Below are positions 15,906-24,553 of a stretch of DNA of 25,554 bases, in pieces. Under the pieces are notes generated by a model. It was given only the letters and a program-made list of their open reading frames with translations. It did not search any database and was not told the DNA's origin. Each line of letters begins with the position of its first letter. Position 1 is the stretch's first letter. Origin of the DNA: an uncultured Candidatus Poseidoniales archaeon (GTDB lineage: Archaea; Thermoplasmatota; Poseidoniia; Poseidoniales; Thalassarchaeaceae); contig CAZXZO010000022.1 of assembly GCA_964645485.1 (NCBI GenBank), positions 1 through 25,554 on the forward strand. The letters are read 5' to 3'. The position numbers were made by a program, and so were the translations under genes.

Positions 15906-18900
15906 TCAATTCTTGATGAATGATCCGTCACCTTGCATTGCCCATTGGCCACCATCAGGAGCATTGTACCAAGTGCCGCCTGCTGCATCAGTAACATAAC
16001 TGCCACCAGCAGGTAATTCGGCATATGAGGCGGCTGTTTGCGGGCCTGCCTGAGCCGCTGGTCCTGCGGTTGGTGCGGCTGGTTGTCCAGCAACATATCC
16101 ACCAGCAGCAATCTGAGCGGAATCCTGATCCCAAGCATCAAGGGGTCCAGATTTCTTCTTTCGCCGTCCAAGTGCAATTAACATCGACAAGATTACTAGA
16201 ATTAGTACGCCACCTACTGCCCCAAGAATTAGTCCGTATTCTTTGAGCATCGCGTTAGTGTCACCTGCGGCTAAACGTTGTTCGTGAGAACAACCTGTAC
16301 TTTCAATGAATGTATCACCACTTGCGGTTTCATCGCATGTGTCTTCAGCATTAACAACGCCATCAGAGTCGTCATCCTTCTGCCATTGTGTACAACCATT
16401 TTCGTCAACTTGCCTTGAAGAATCTGAACCGGGGCAATTATCAAGTCCGTTTGGTACATAATCACCATCATCATCTACTTCTTCCCAAGCACAACCAAGT
16501 GTACCATTCGAAACATTCCACAGCCACTGGCTAGGAGTATCAGGACAATCGTCTGAGTTCAGTTGGCCAGGGTTATCCCCACGCCCATCACCATCACGGT
16601 CATGCCATTGACTTGAGTCGTCTGGGAACTTGTCCACATCATCAGTAAAGGTGTCACCATCCCGGTCGTCAGTGCATCCATCTGAATTGGTGTCAAACCC
16701 TTCAACTGCTGCATCTTCATCACACAGGTCCATGCCGTCAAAAATGCCGTCGTTATCGGTATCAACTTGAGTAAAAGTGCCACAGCCATCACCATTGATT
16801 GGTTCACCTGTTGGGGTTTCAGGGCAGATATCAGGCCCACTAGAGCAGACATTTACTGTTGAGGAAATTGTATCACAGATGCCGTCATTGTCATCGTCGT
16901 CATCCTCAGTTTCGTCACGGCAACCATCGCCGTCAAAATCTGTCCCGGTCCAACCGATTTCTCCTTTTGCACAATCATCTGATGCGTCGTAAACAGGGTC
17001 ATTGTCATCGTTGTCATCTTCATCCATATCTCGGCATCCGTCACCATCGTGGTCGGTTAGTGGAGTAGAAACCCATCCCGCTTGAACAAAACAACCATCC
17101 TCGGTATCAACTACCCCATCGCCATCATCATCATCATCTTCATCAAGATCACGGCAACCATCTCCATCTCGGTCAGTCGTTTCATCTGAAAGCCAGCCTG
17201 TAGCACCAGGGCTACACAAATCTAAGATTGAATCTGATGCGTCAACATCGTGGACACCATCATTGTCGTCATCCCAATCTTCATCAGAATCTCGGCATCC
17301 ATCTTCATCATGGTCAGTGCTAATTTGGTCACTCACCCAATCAAGCATTCCAGTTGGACAGCGGTCTAGAACTGCACCAAGAGAATCTAAATCGTTGACA
17401 CCATCATTGTCATCATCGTCATCCTCAACTTCATCATGGCAGCCATCCGAATCATGGTCTGCTGAGCCATTGTGGTTGAATCCACCACTTCCGTCAGAAA
17501 GTCCCCAGTTGGCGTAGTCTCGTGGACAAACATCGCCTGCTGTGTCATCTATTCCATCGTTGTCATCATCGTCATCTTCTTCGGAATCGTGGCATCCATC
17601 CATATCATTGTCGTTAACAACATTAGAGGTCCAATTCAATTTGAAAGAAGCACCTGTACAAGGGTCGCTGGTGTCCAAAACACCATCCTCGTCGTCATCA
17701 TCATCCTCATCGATGTCACGACATCCATCCATGTCAATATCGTCAGTCCAAACTGAGGCATCCCAGTTTACTGCAGGCCCATTACAAGCATCGTTTTCGT
17801 TTGGAATTCCATCTTCATCAGCATCAGGGTCACATACATCACCCATGCTATCCCCGTCCATATCTTCCTGACCTGCGTTGGAAATAAGTGGACAATTATC
17901 TGAATTATCTGCGTAACCATCACCATCTGCATCGGAAGCCTGCTTCCAGATTACAACCCCAGGGGGCAATCCAACTTGGGTACTGTATGCACCCGGAGTA
18001 ACTGCTGCCGAATCGCCGCCATAAGTTGCTGTACAAGCACTGCTCATTCCTTGACAGAAATGACCGACTGCAACCACATCACCAGCTGGAGTCCAACCGA
18101 CTCCACCGGTACCATAGTTGTAGTATCCATCATCGCCACTTGAACCACCGCTCTTCGCCCACATCCAATTGCCGCTTGAATCCAAAACACCCACTAGCAT
18201 TTCGAAATATGTTCCTGTTAGCGTCACTGCACCAAACGTGGCGCTAGTGGCTGAGCCACTGCTAAATCCACCTGACACTGCAATCCCATTGGGGTTAGCA
18301 TCAATTGAACCAATGAAGTGAAGTCCAGTACCACTAGATGCATTTGCCCATTGCCAAGCCCCAGAACCATCTATCTTGGTGATGAAGGCATTGTTAGATG
18401 AAGCAGCAGAAGTAATAGCGTGTGAGCCAAAGGAAGCCGTACCTGAAAATAATCCACCAACATAGGAATCAGTGCCTTCTGTGTCAAAGCCCCAAGGAAC
18501 AACAACCCCGCTAGGAGCACCGGCTGTTTGAGTCCACGACCAAGAGCCTGAATTTGTCATTTTTGAAACGAATAAATCACTTGAACCAACAGCATTGAAT
18601 GATTGTGAGCCAAATTGGGCACCTTGAGTACTCCCCCCTTGGAAAGAACCCATGACTCGCAAGTCACCAGCACTGTCAACAGATACTCCCGAAGCATCGT
18701 CACTACCTGGGCCACCACCAGTAGCCACCCAATCCCATGAACCGTTTGAGTCAATTTTTGCGACGAATGCATCTGTGTATCCGTTTGTACCATATCCGTT
18801 TACTCCCCATGTACCACTGATATTGAACGCACCAGCAACGTATGCACCACCACTGCCGTCAGATGTAACGGCATTTCCGGTATCAGAACTATACGAACCT

Positions 18901-19496
18901 CCGGCTGTTTCAGCCCAAAGCCAATTTCCTGAACTACTCATCTTTGCAACGAATATGTCTTGTGTAGCATCTCCGTTTGAATCAGATGTACTTTGGAGTT
19001 GAGTTGCACCAAATGAGACGTTTCCTGAATAAAATCCTGTGATGAAAATGTCCCCAGTTGAATCAACTGTAATGTCATTCCCCCAAGAGAATCCACCGCC
19101 TCCATACTGGTCAGCAGTTTCAACCATGCCCCAAGTTCCAGAAGAATCAATCTTAGCAATGAAAGCATCTTGACCGGCTGAAATCGAATTAGTGTCAAAT
19201 TTGACATCCCCTATTAAAAATCCAGTCAGGTAAGTATTTCCACTTGAATCGGTATATGATGTTGAGGTTACTGGAGAACCACCAAATTGGCCCGCTGTGT
19301 CACTTATCGCTGTTTTAACCCAGTCACCAGCCGCTTTACTTGGAGAAAAGTTACTGTTCTCTAGTTCTAAATCAACGTTATCATTGTCATTAAATGTAGC
19401 ATTCATCCCTGAAAAGCTTCCAGCAATAAGAGAGGTTACCACCAAGAGAATTACCAAAAGTGAGTTTGGTCTATCGCTACCTAAGTTCAAGTTCAT
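15906..19496 (-). CDS. surface protein: signal peptide, 7-bladed SBBP-like beta-propeller, TSP3-like repeats, TM helix, cytoplasmic tail (1196 aa)
   Basis: Seven blades of type h-x-h-D-S-x-G-x-h-Y-h-x-G-x-F...D-h-F-h-x-K-h-x-S-x-G-x-W-x-W. Extensive DxDxDGC repeats. TM segment YGLILGAVGGVLILVILSMLIALG followed by RRKKK. Ala/Pro linker and terminal YAELPAGGSY...W...DGSF module. Confidence 0.88.
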   Translation of the reverse strand: MNLNLGSDRPNSLLVILLVVTSLIAGSFSGMNATFNDNDNVDLELENSNFSPSKAAGDWVKTAISDTAGQFGGSPVTSTSYTDSSGNTYLTGFLIGDVKFDTNSISAGQDAFIAKIDSSGTWGMVETADQYGGGGFSWGNDITVDSTGDIFITGFYSGNVSFGATQLQSTSDSNGDATQDIFVAKMSSSGNWLWAETAGGSYSSDTGNAVTSDGSGGAYVAGAFNISGTWGVNGYGTNGYTDAFVAKIDSNGSWDWVATGGGPGSDDASGVSVDSAGDLRVMGSFQGGSTQGAQFGSQSFNAVGSSDLFVSKMTNSGSWSWTQTAGAPSGVVVPWGFDTEGTDSYVGGLFSGTASFGSHAITSAASSNNAFITKIDGSGAWQWANASSGTGLHFIGSIDANPNGIAVSGGFSSGSATSATFGAVTLTGTYFEMLVGVLDSSGNWMWAKSGGSSGDDGYYNYGTGGVGWTPAGDVVAVGHFCQGMSSACTATYGGDSAAVTPGAYSTQVGLPPGVVIWKQASDADGDGYADNSDNCPLISNAGQEDMDGDSMGDVCDPDADEDGIPNENDACNGPAVNWDASVWTDDIDMDGCRDIDEDDDDDEDGVLDTSDPCTGASFKLNWTSNVVNDNDMDGCHDSEEDDDDDNDGIDDTAGDVCPRDYANWGLSDGSGGFNHNGSADHDSDGCHDEVEDDDDDNDGVNDLDSLGAVLDRCPTGMLDWVSDQISTDHDEDGCRDSDEDWDDDNDGVHDVDASDSILDLCSPGATGWLSDETTDRDGDGCRDLDEDDDDDGDGVVDTEDGCFVQAGWVSTPLTDHDGDGCRDMDEDDNDDNDPVYDASDDCAKGEIGWTGTDFDGDGCRDETEDDDDDNDGICDTISSTVNVCSSGPDICPETPTGEPINGDGCGTFTQVDTDNDGIFDGMDLCDEDAAVEGFDTNSDGCTDDRDGDTFTDDVDKFPDDSSQWHDRDGDGRGDNPGQLNSDDCPDTPSQWLWNVSNGTLGCAWEEVDDDGDYVPNGLDNCPGSDSSRQVDENGCTQWQKDDDSDGVVNAEDTCDETASGDTFIESTGCSHEQRLAAGDTNAMLKEYGLILGAVGGVLILVILSMLIALGRRKKKSGPLDAWDQDSAQIAAGGYVAGQPAAPTAGPAAQAGPQTAASYAELPAGGSYVTDAAGGTWYNAPDGGQWAMQGDGSFIKN
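16290..17930 (-). repeat. TSP3-like calcium-binding repeat stalk (7 long DGCxD units plus shorter units)
   Basis: Counted from the translation; boundaries are approximate. Confidence 0.8.
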
Positions 19497-19537
19497 ATCA
19501 TTGTGACGGCGAGCATCCCCTATTGAAGGCTCTCGTT

Positions 19538-19557
19538 ACGGGTCCTTAGGGACCCGT
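19538..19557. promoter_or_regulatory. inverted repeat ACGGGTCC-TTAG-GGACCCGT between the two propeller/TSP3 paralogues
   Basis: Perfect 8-bp GC-rich arms with a 4-nt loop, 42-61 nt upstream of the ATG at 19496 and just upstream of an AT-rich TTCAATAG (19520-19527, minus strand). Confidence 0.5.
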
Positions 19558-19608
19558 TCCAACTATAGCGCGAAAAAAGGAATAAAACTGCTAATGCAAT
19601 ATTTTGAA

Positions 19609-22600
19609 TTAATCCTCAAAAATAGCCCAATCATCCATGCTCAATGAACGATACCACCAAACTCCTTCCTCATCCTGCCACCACTCGACGCCATCGTCAT
19701 CTACAGTAATTCCAGATTGATTATCAGAACTCCCAGAACCTTCAATTTCTAGGTCATCTGTTTGAGACAATTTCTCTTGGGCCATGGATTCGAAAACTTC
19801 TGTGGCTTGTGGCCTTAAGTTGCCTGCATCTAGATCATCACCATCTTTATTCAAGAAGAAAAATGCTGCACCTCCTCCAACCACAGTTAACAGTAAACCG
19901 GCAACGATTGCAAGAGTCATCATATTCAAACCTGAACTGGCATCATCTGATGCGTAAGCGAGTTGTGCCTTAGAGCATCCACCCTCGCCCATTTCGGCAC
20001 CTGGTTTTGTATCTGGGCATTGGTCGACATCATCGAATGTCCCATCTCCATCACTATCTGTTTGAGAGATACTACATCCTGCAGAATCAACATCCTCAAC
20101 TTCACTAGAAGGGGTATCTGAACAATTATCATAACCATTCATTACACCATCATTATCATCATCAAGTTCTTCACCTGCACAACCATTTGAATAGACATTT
20201 TCAACCCATTGAGAAGGTGTATCTAGGCAACTATCTGGGTTTGCACCTGCAGGATTATCACCAAAACCATCACCATCCCTGTCTAGTGTTTGGGTAGGGT
20301 CATTTGGGAACGCATCAACATCGTCATTCACCCCATCTTGGTCAATATCATCGGTACAACCGTTTTCATCACGGTCAAGTCCTTCTGGCGGTGCAACTTC
20401 AGGACATTCATCATCACTATTTGCAACGCCGTCATTGTCATCATCTGCTTGAGAAGGACTACATCCGACTGCATCAACCAAATGAGATTCCGAAATCGGA
20501 GTGTTTGGACACTGGTCAATTATGTTACCAAGCGAGTCAAATTCCCAGTAGGTATCGCCGTCATCATCAGGGTCTTCATCTGAATCTCTGCAACCATCCC
20601 GGTCAGCATCGAGGTCAGGCGTTGAAATCCATCCAGTTTCTCCACGTGGGCAGCCATCATCATCATCAACAATCAGATCGTTGTCGTCATCAGGGTCTTC
20701 CGTGGTATCACGGCATCCATCACCATCTTTGTCAGTAATATCTCCCGAAATCCAGCCAACTGAACCGCGAGGACACGAATCAACATCATCACTCAATCCA
20801 TCTCCATCATCGTCATCATCCTCATCAAAATCCCGGCAACCATCTTTGTCTAAATCTTGGGCCCCGCTAGAATCCCAGTTGGTAGCCATTGGTGTACAAT
20901 CATCATCAAAATCATTGATTCCATCGTTATCATCATCAGCATCTTCTTCAGCATCATTACAGCCATCACCATCATGGTCATTCGTTGCATCACTTATCCA
21001 ACCAAGTAATCCATTAAGGCAGGTTTCATTTGCGTCCACTACACCATCATTGTCGCTGTCTAGGTCCTCTTCGGTTGCATCCTTACAGCCATCGCCATCG
21101 TAGTCTGTTTGGGATGTTGATGTCCAGTTTCGGTGAGATGGAGCGAATGCACAATCATCATCAACATCAAGAACACCATCGCCATCATCATCATCGTCTT
21201 CGATGATATCATGGCAACCATCTTGGTCGTAGTCGTTAGCATCATTTGCTGTCCAATTTTTGTAAGATGCTGAATTTGAACAAAGGTCTTGAGAATCAAT
21301 CACCCCATCATCATCATCATCATCATCTTCATCAGAGTCACGACACCCATCACCATCAGAATCGAGTGACCAGTCAAAGGAATCCCAATTTGATGCAGGG
21401 CCAATGCAATTGTCAGCGATATCCTCTCTTCCATCCCCATCCTTGTCCGAATCGCAAATATCACCTAATTGGTCACCATCAAAATCATCCTGAAGCGGAT
21501 TGAAATCCAAAGGACAATTATCATTCACATCTGACACATTATCCAAATCACTGTCTGTGTTCAAAGACCATACAAAGCCGCTTCCATGATAATATGCATT
21601 TGAAGTATAATTTGCTGGTCCAATTTGAGCAGAACAACCCGTACCATCATTATTCAAACAGAATCTTCCCGACATAATGAGATTCCCTACAGATGTAAAA
21701 ACGGCTGCATTTCCTGAATCAAATAGTGGCCCACCACCAGCCTCTGCCCACAACCATTGTCCAGTTGGAGATACACCGGCAAAAAATGCTGCAAAAGGAG
21801 CAGCCGTTAGATTAGTTTGGCCAAATTCGGCGAAAGCGATTGCACTATGGTCCATATCAAACCAACCAACTGCGACAACACCACCCAATGGATTGATTGC
21901 TAAATCCTGTAATTGTTGAGTATGACCAGAACTGTTCAATCCCCAGAGCCATGTTCCTGTTTTATTGAGACGCGCCACGAAGGCATTTTGCACGGTACCA
22001 TTTGCCCACCAATTTTGTCCGTCTAATTCTATTAGCCCAACAATACCTCCACCCAAATAAATGCTATCGGAATCCACTGCAATATCATAGGGAATAATGC
22101 CGCCCCAAACCGCCTTCGCTTCGTTAGCCCACAACCAATTTCCTTGGTTGTCAATCTCAGCAACGAAGGTACTTGATGCACCCACATTTAGCAATGTTAT
22201 CGTTCCGAATACCACATCACCCTGATAGTATCCGGTAATGAAAATCCCACCATTAGAATCCAATGCAATTGCGGTGATATTATCAGCTAGATTCCCGCCT
22301 ATTATTTCGTCCCAGACATAGTCTCCGTTGGTTGTGTTAATTTTCACGATATATCCATCTTGTCCTTTCTGTACATTTCTACTAGTATTGCCAAAATATG
22401 TGTGGTCCTCAAATGACCCTACCACATATCCGTCCCCATTTGAATCTACGACCACACCATGCATTGAATCATAATTTGAGGTCCCTCCTTGAGATGTACC
22501 CCAATACCAACTTCCTGAAGAACTCATTTTAGAGACAAAGCCGTCAATTCCTCCATTATTGGATAATTCAAAGTCTTGACCCCATTCAATATCTAACCAA

Positions 22601-23115
22601 AATGTTCCAACCACCCAGATATCACCGGTAGAAGAAACATCAATATCTCCTAAAATCGCACCACCAGTTGACCCTTGGCCCACTGCTGTCATCGACACCC
22701 AATTCCATGTCCCCCATTGTGTGAGAGAGGCAACAAATGCTCTTGGTCCAGATTGGGTGGCGGGTTGAATTGAGCCGAATGCAACATCTCCACGTAACGT
22801 TCCACCGACTATAATATTGGTATTTGTATGGTCCATGACCATTGCTTCAATATGAACTGAATTGATATTACCTGGTCCATTGGTGGTACCTGCATCTGGA
22901 CCTGCATCCCTCACCCAATTGGTTGTACTTGCTCTGCCAACTGCATTTTGAATGGCAATTTCTTGTGCTTGATTTAGCACTACTTCTTCGCTAGTGGAAT
23001 CAATTTCGGGGATTTGCGGTTCAGGTTGCAAAGTTGATGCCAACGGCATCGTTGACAGTATCATCAAAACACTTAGAAATAATATCAATGAGGTGCCTGA
23101 TGTTCTCTCTTTCAT
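19609..23115 (-). CDS. surface protein paralogue: signal peptide, 7-bladed SBBP-like beta-propeller, TSP3-like repeats, TM helix, Trp-rich tail (1168 aa)
   Basis: Same architecture as 15906-19496: seven blades, DGCxD repeats, TM segment LAIVAGLLLTVVGGGAAFFFL, terminal VDDDGVEWWQDEEGVWWYR..DDW module. Confidence 0.88.
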   Translation of the reverse strand: MKERTSGTSLILFLSVLMILSTMPLASTLQPEPQIPEIDSTSEEVVLNQAQEIAIQNAVGRASTTNWVRDAGPDAGTTNGPGNINSVHIEAMVMDHTNTNIIVGGTLRGDVAFGSIQPATQSGPRAFVASLTQWGTWNWVSMTAVGQGSTGGAILGDIDVSSTGDIWVVGTFWLDIEWGQDFELSNNGGIDGFVSKMSSSGSWYWGTSQGGTSNYDSMHGVVVDSNGDGYVVGSFEDHTYFGNTSRNVQKGQDGYIVKINTTNGDYVWDEIIGGNLADNITAIALDSNGGIFITGYYQGDVVFGTITLLNVGASSTFVAEIDNQGNWLWANEAKAVWGGIIPYDIAVDSDSIYLGGGIVGLIELDGQNWWANGTVQNAFVARLNKTGTWLWGLNSSGHTQQLQDLAINPLGGVVAVGWFDMDHSAIAFAEFGQTNLTAAPFAAFFAGVSPTGQWLWAEAGGGPLFDSGNAAVFTSVGNLIMSGRFCLNNDGTGCSAQIGPANYTSNAYYHGSGFVWSLNTDSDLDNVSDVNDNCPLDFNPLQDDFDGDQLGDICDSDKDGDGREDIADNCIGPASNWDSFDWSLDSDGDGCRDSDEDDDDDDDGVIDSQDLCSNSASYKNWTANDANDYDQDGCHDIIEDDDDDGDGVLDVDDDCAFAPSHRNWTSTSQTDYDGDGCKDATEEDLDSDNDGVVDANETCLNGLLGWISDATNDHDGDGCNDAEEDADDDNDGINDFDDDCTPMATNWDSSGAQDLDKDGCRDFDEDDDDDGDGLSDDVDSCPRGSVGWISGDITDKDGDGCRDTTEDPDDDNDLIVDDDDGCPRGETGWISTPDLDADRDGCRDSDEDPDDDGDTYWEFDSLGNIIDQCPNTPISESHLVDAVGCSPSQADDDNDGVANSDDECPEVAPPEGLDRDENGCTDDIDQDGVNDDVDAFPNDPTQTLDRDGDGFGDNPAGANPDSCLDTPSQWVENVYSNGCAGEELDDDNDGVMNGYDNCSDTPSSEVEDVDSAGCSISQTDSDGDGTFDDVDQCPDTKPGAEMGEGGCSKAQLAYASDDASSGLNMMTLAIVAGLLLTVVGGGAAFFFLNKDGDDLDAGNLRPQATEVFESMAQEKLSQTDDLEIEGSGSSDNQSGITVDDDGVEWWQDEEGVWWYRSLSMDDWAIFED
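19965..21555 (-). repeat. TSP3-like calcium-binding repeat stalk (7 long DGCxD units of 41-43 aa plus shorter units)
   Basis: Counted from the translation; boundaries are approximate. Confidence 0.8.
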
Positions 23116-23135
23116 GGCCGCCCCTAGGGGCGGCC
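23116..23135. promoter_or_regulatory. perfect 20-bp palindrome GGCCGCCCCTAGGGGCGGCC directly abutting the start codon
   Basis: Self-complementary over all 20 nt. Occupies -1 to -20 relative to ATG 23115, immediately downstream of a TATA-like TTGAATAAA (23136-23144, minus strand). Confidence 0.6.
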
Positions 23136-23215
23136 TTTATTCAACATCTCGCTTCGCAGTCATGTATAGTTAGTCAACAAGAACAATCCACCGATGTTTT
23201 GTAAACAATGATGAA

Positions 23216-24406
23216 TTAAAGGAATGGAGTTCTAACTACAACTGCTGGAATCTGCTTTCTTGGATTGGGAGCAATTAGAACTTCATCACCCGGTTCAACT
23301 CCGGTGATGTAACCTAAGCCAATGCCGACTTTACCGAGGCTTGGTGAAGGTCCTCCTGATGTGATTATACCAATTTCATTTCCTTGTGAATCAAGTACTT
23401 TTGAGCCTGTTCTTGGAAAAGGACCCCGGCCGGTATATTTGATTCCCCACCAGCGCTGATTCCTTGATTGGATGCTGGATTCAACCCTAGATTTGCCAAT
23501 AAAATCATGCTCAAGGTGTAAACCAAATGGGACATTTGTTTCAAATGAATCGCGCGCCAAGAAAGAAGATTCAATCGCTGACTCTTCATCATCACCTAAG
23601 CCCGGCCAGTGAAAATCCTGTCCCGATAAGAGAAATCCTTTCTCCATTCTCAGAGTATCTCTAGCGCCTAATCCAACAGGACAAATCCCAAATGGCTCCC
23701 CACCATCTAGAAGTGCTTCCCAAAGTGTTTCTGCTTGATTGTTGTTAATGAAAATCTCATAACCACGCTCGCCGGTATATCCAGTTCCTTGAATCCAACC
23801 GGTAATTCCAAGTTGATTTTCTGAAATTGCATTGCCGCTGAAGTGTTTTATCGCATTTTCAGCCCCTAAAACTGCTTCAATAATTGCTGGTGATTTTGGC
23901 CCTTGGAGAGCAAGAATAGAGGTCTCATCAGAAAGGTCCTCAAGTATTACTGAGCCATCTTCTGGTAAATGTGAATTGAACCAATCTTTCATTACTGGAA
24001 TCATGCTTGCATTCGGTACGCCTAAAATAGCAATTTCAGATTGTTGTTGCCATTCAGTACAACCTGTTTTAATTATGGTTTGACGGTCGGTTACAGCAAA
24101 AATCATGTCATCAATAATGACTCCTTCCTCATCAAGGAAATGAGTATATGCACAGCGGCCGGGTTGGAGATGTTCTACTCGCTGAGTCGCAATTGATTGT
24201 AACCACTCTCTAACACCTTCCCCTGACAATCTAAAGAAGCCCATGTGTGAAACATCAAAAAGACCGGCATTTTCACGAGTATTAAGGTGCTCTTCCATCA
24301 TTGAGGTATACCAAATTGGCAACTCAAAACCATGGAAATCAACGATATTCCCCCCCCACCTCTGGTGTGCTTCGAAAAGGGCTGTTCGTACCAATCCCTC
24401 TGACAT
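23216..24406 (-). CDS. gcvT: glycine cleavage system T protein (aminomethyltransferase)
   Basis: RTALFEAH...IVDFHGFELPIWY...EH...R..AGLFDVSHMG, GVIIDD, LALQGP, TGYTGERGYEI, VGLGARDTLRMEKG, G.ITSG..SPSLG..IGLGY. Start set at MSEGL (ATG 24406). Confidence 0.96.
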   Translation of the reverse strand: MSEGLVRTALFEAHQRWGGNIVDFHGFELPIWYTSMMEEHLNTRENAGLFDVSHMGFFRLSGEGVREWLQSIATQRVEHLQPGRCAYTHFLDEEGVIIDDMIFAVTDRQTIIKTGCTEWQQQSEIAILGVPNASMIPVMKDWFNSHLPEDGSVILEDLSDETSILALQGPKSPAIIEAVLGAENAIKHFSGNAISENQLGITGWIQGTGYTGERGYEIFINNNQAETLWEALLDGGEPFGICPVGLGARDTLRMEKGFLLSGQDFHWPGLGDDEESAIESSFLARDSFETNVPFGLHLEHDFIGKSRVESSIQSRNQRWWGIKYTGRGPFPRTGSKVLDSQGNEIGIITSGGPSPSLGKVGIGLGYITGVEPGDEVLIAPNPRKQIPAVVVRTPFL

Positions 24407-24553
24407 TGTACCTGCGGAATCGTTGCCGGTTTTCAATAGTAGTGTAGAGGGAATTATCAACTAAAGATTTGAACTAATCATCTCATCTGTTGATTCATTT
24501 TAGAAAAATAGCCATTCACAACCATCAAAGAGTACCCATGGCGCGCGAGGCAT

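Noticed and set aside
21306-21326. (CAT)7 trinucleotide tract as a possible phase-variation SSR
   Set aside because: It encodes seven Asp between E and G, matching the fixed EDxDxDxDG spacing of the other repeat units. It is in frame and length-constrained, so it is not evidence of slippage switching.
14156-21503. Many Ser-rich or His-rich ORFs (for example 14199-14657, 17263-17517, 17542-17871, 20681-21103, 21246-21503)
   Set aside because: They are antisense or off-frame shadows of Asp-rich GAT/GAC repeats (TCA/TCG = Ser, CAT = His) and lie fully within well-supported genes.
15906-21600. Regularly spaced repeats that could be mistaken for a CRISPR array
   Set aside because: The repeats are degenerate at nucleotide level and in-frame protein repeats. 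There are no identical 23-47 nt direct repeats and no cas genes.
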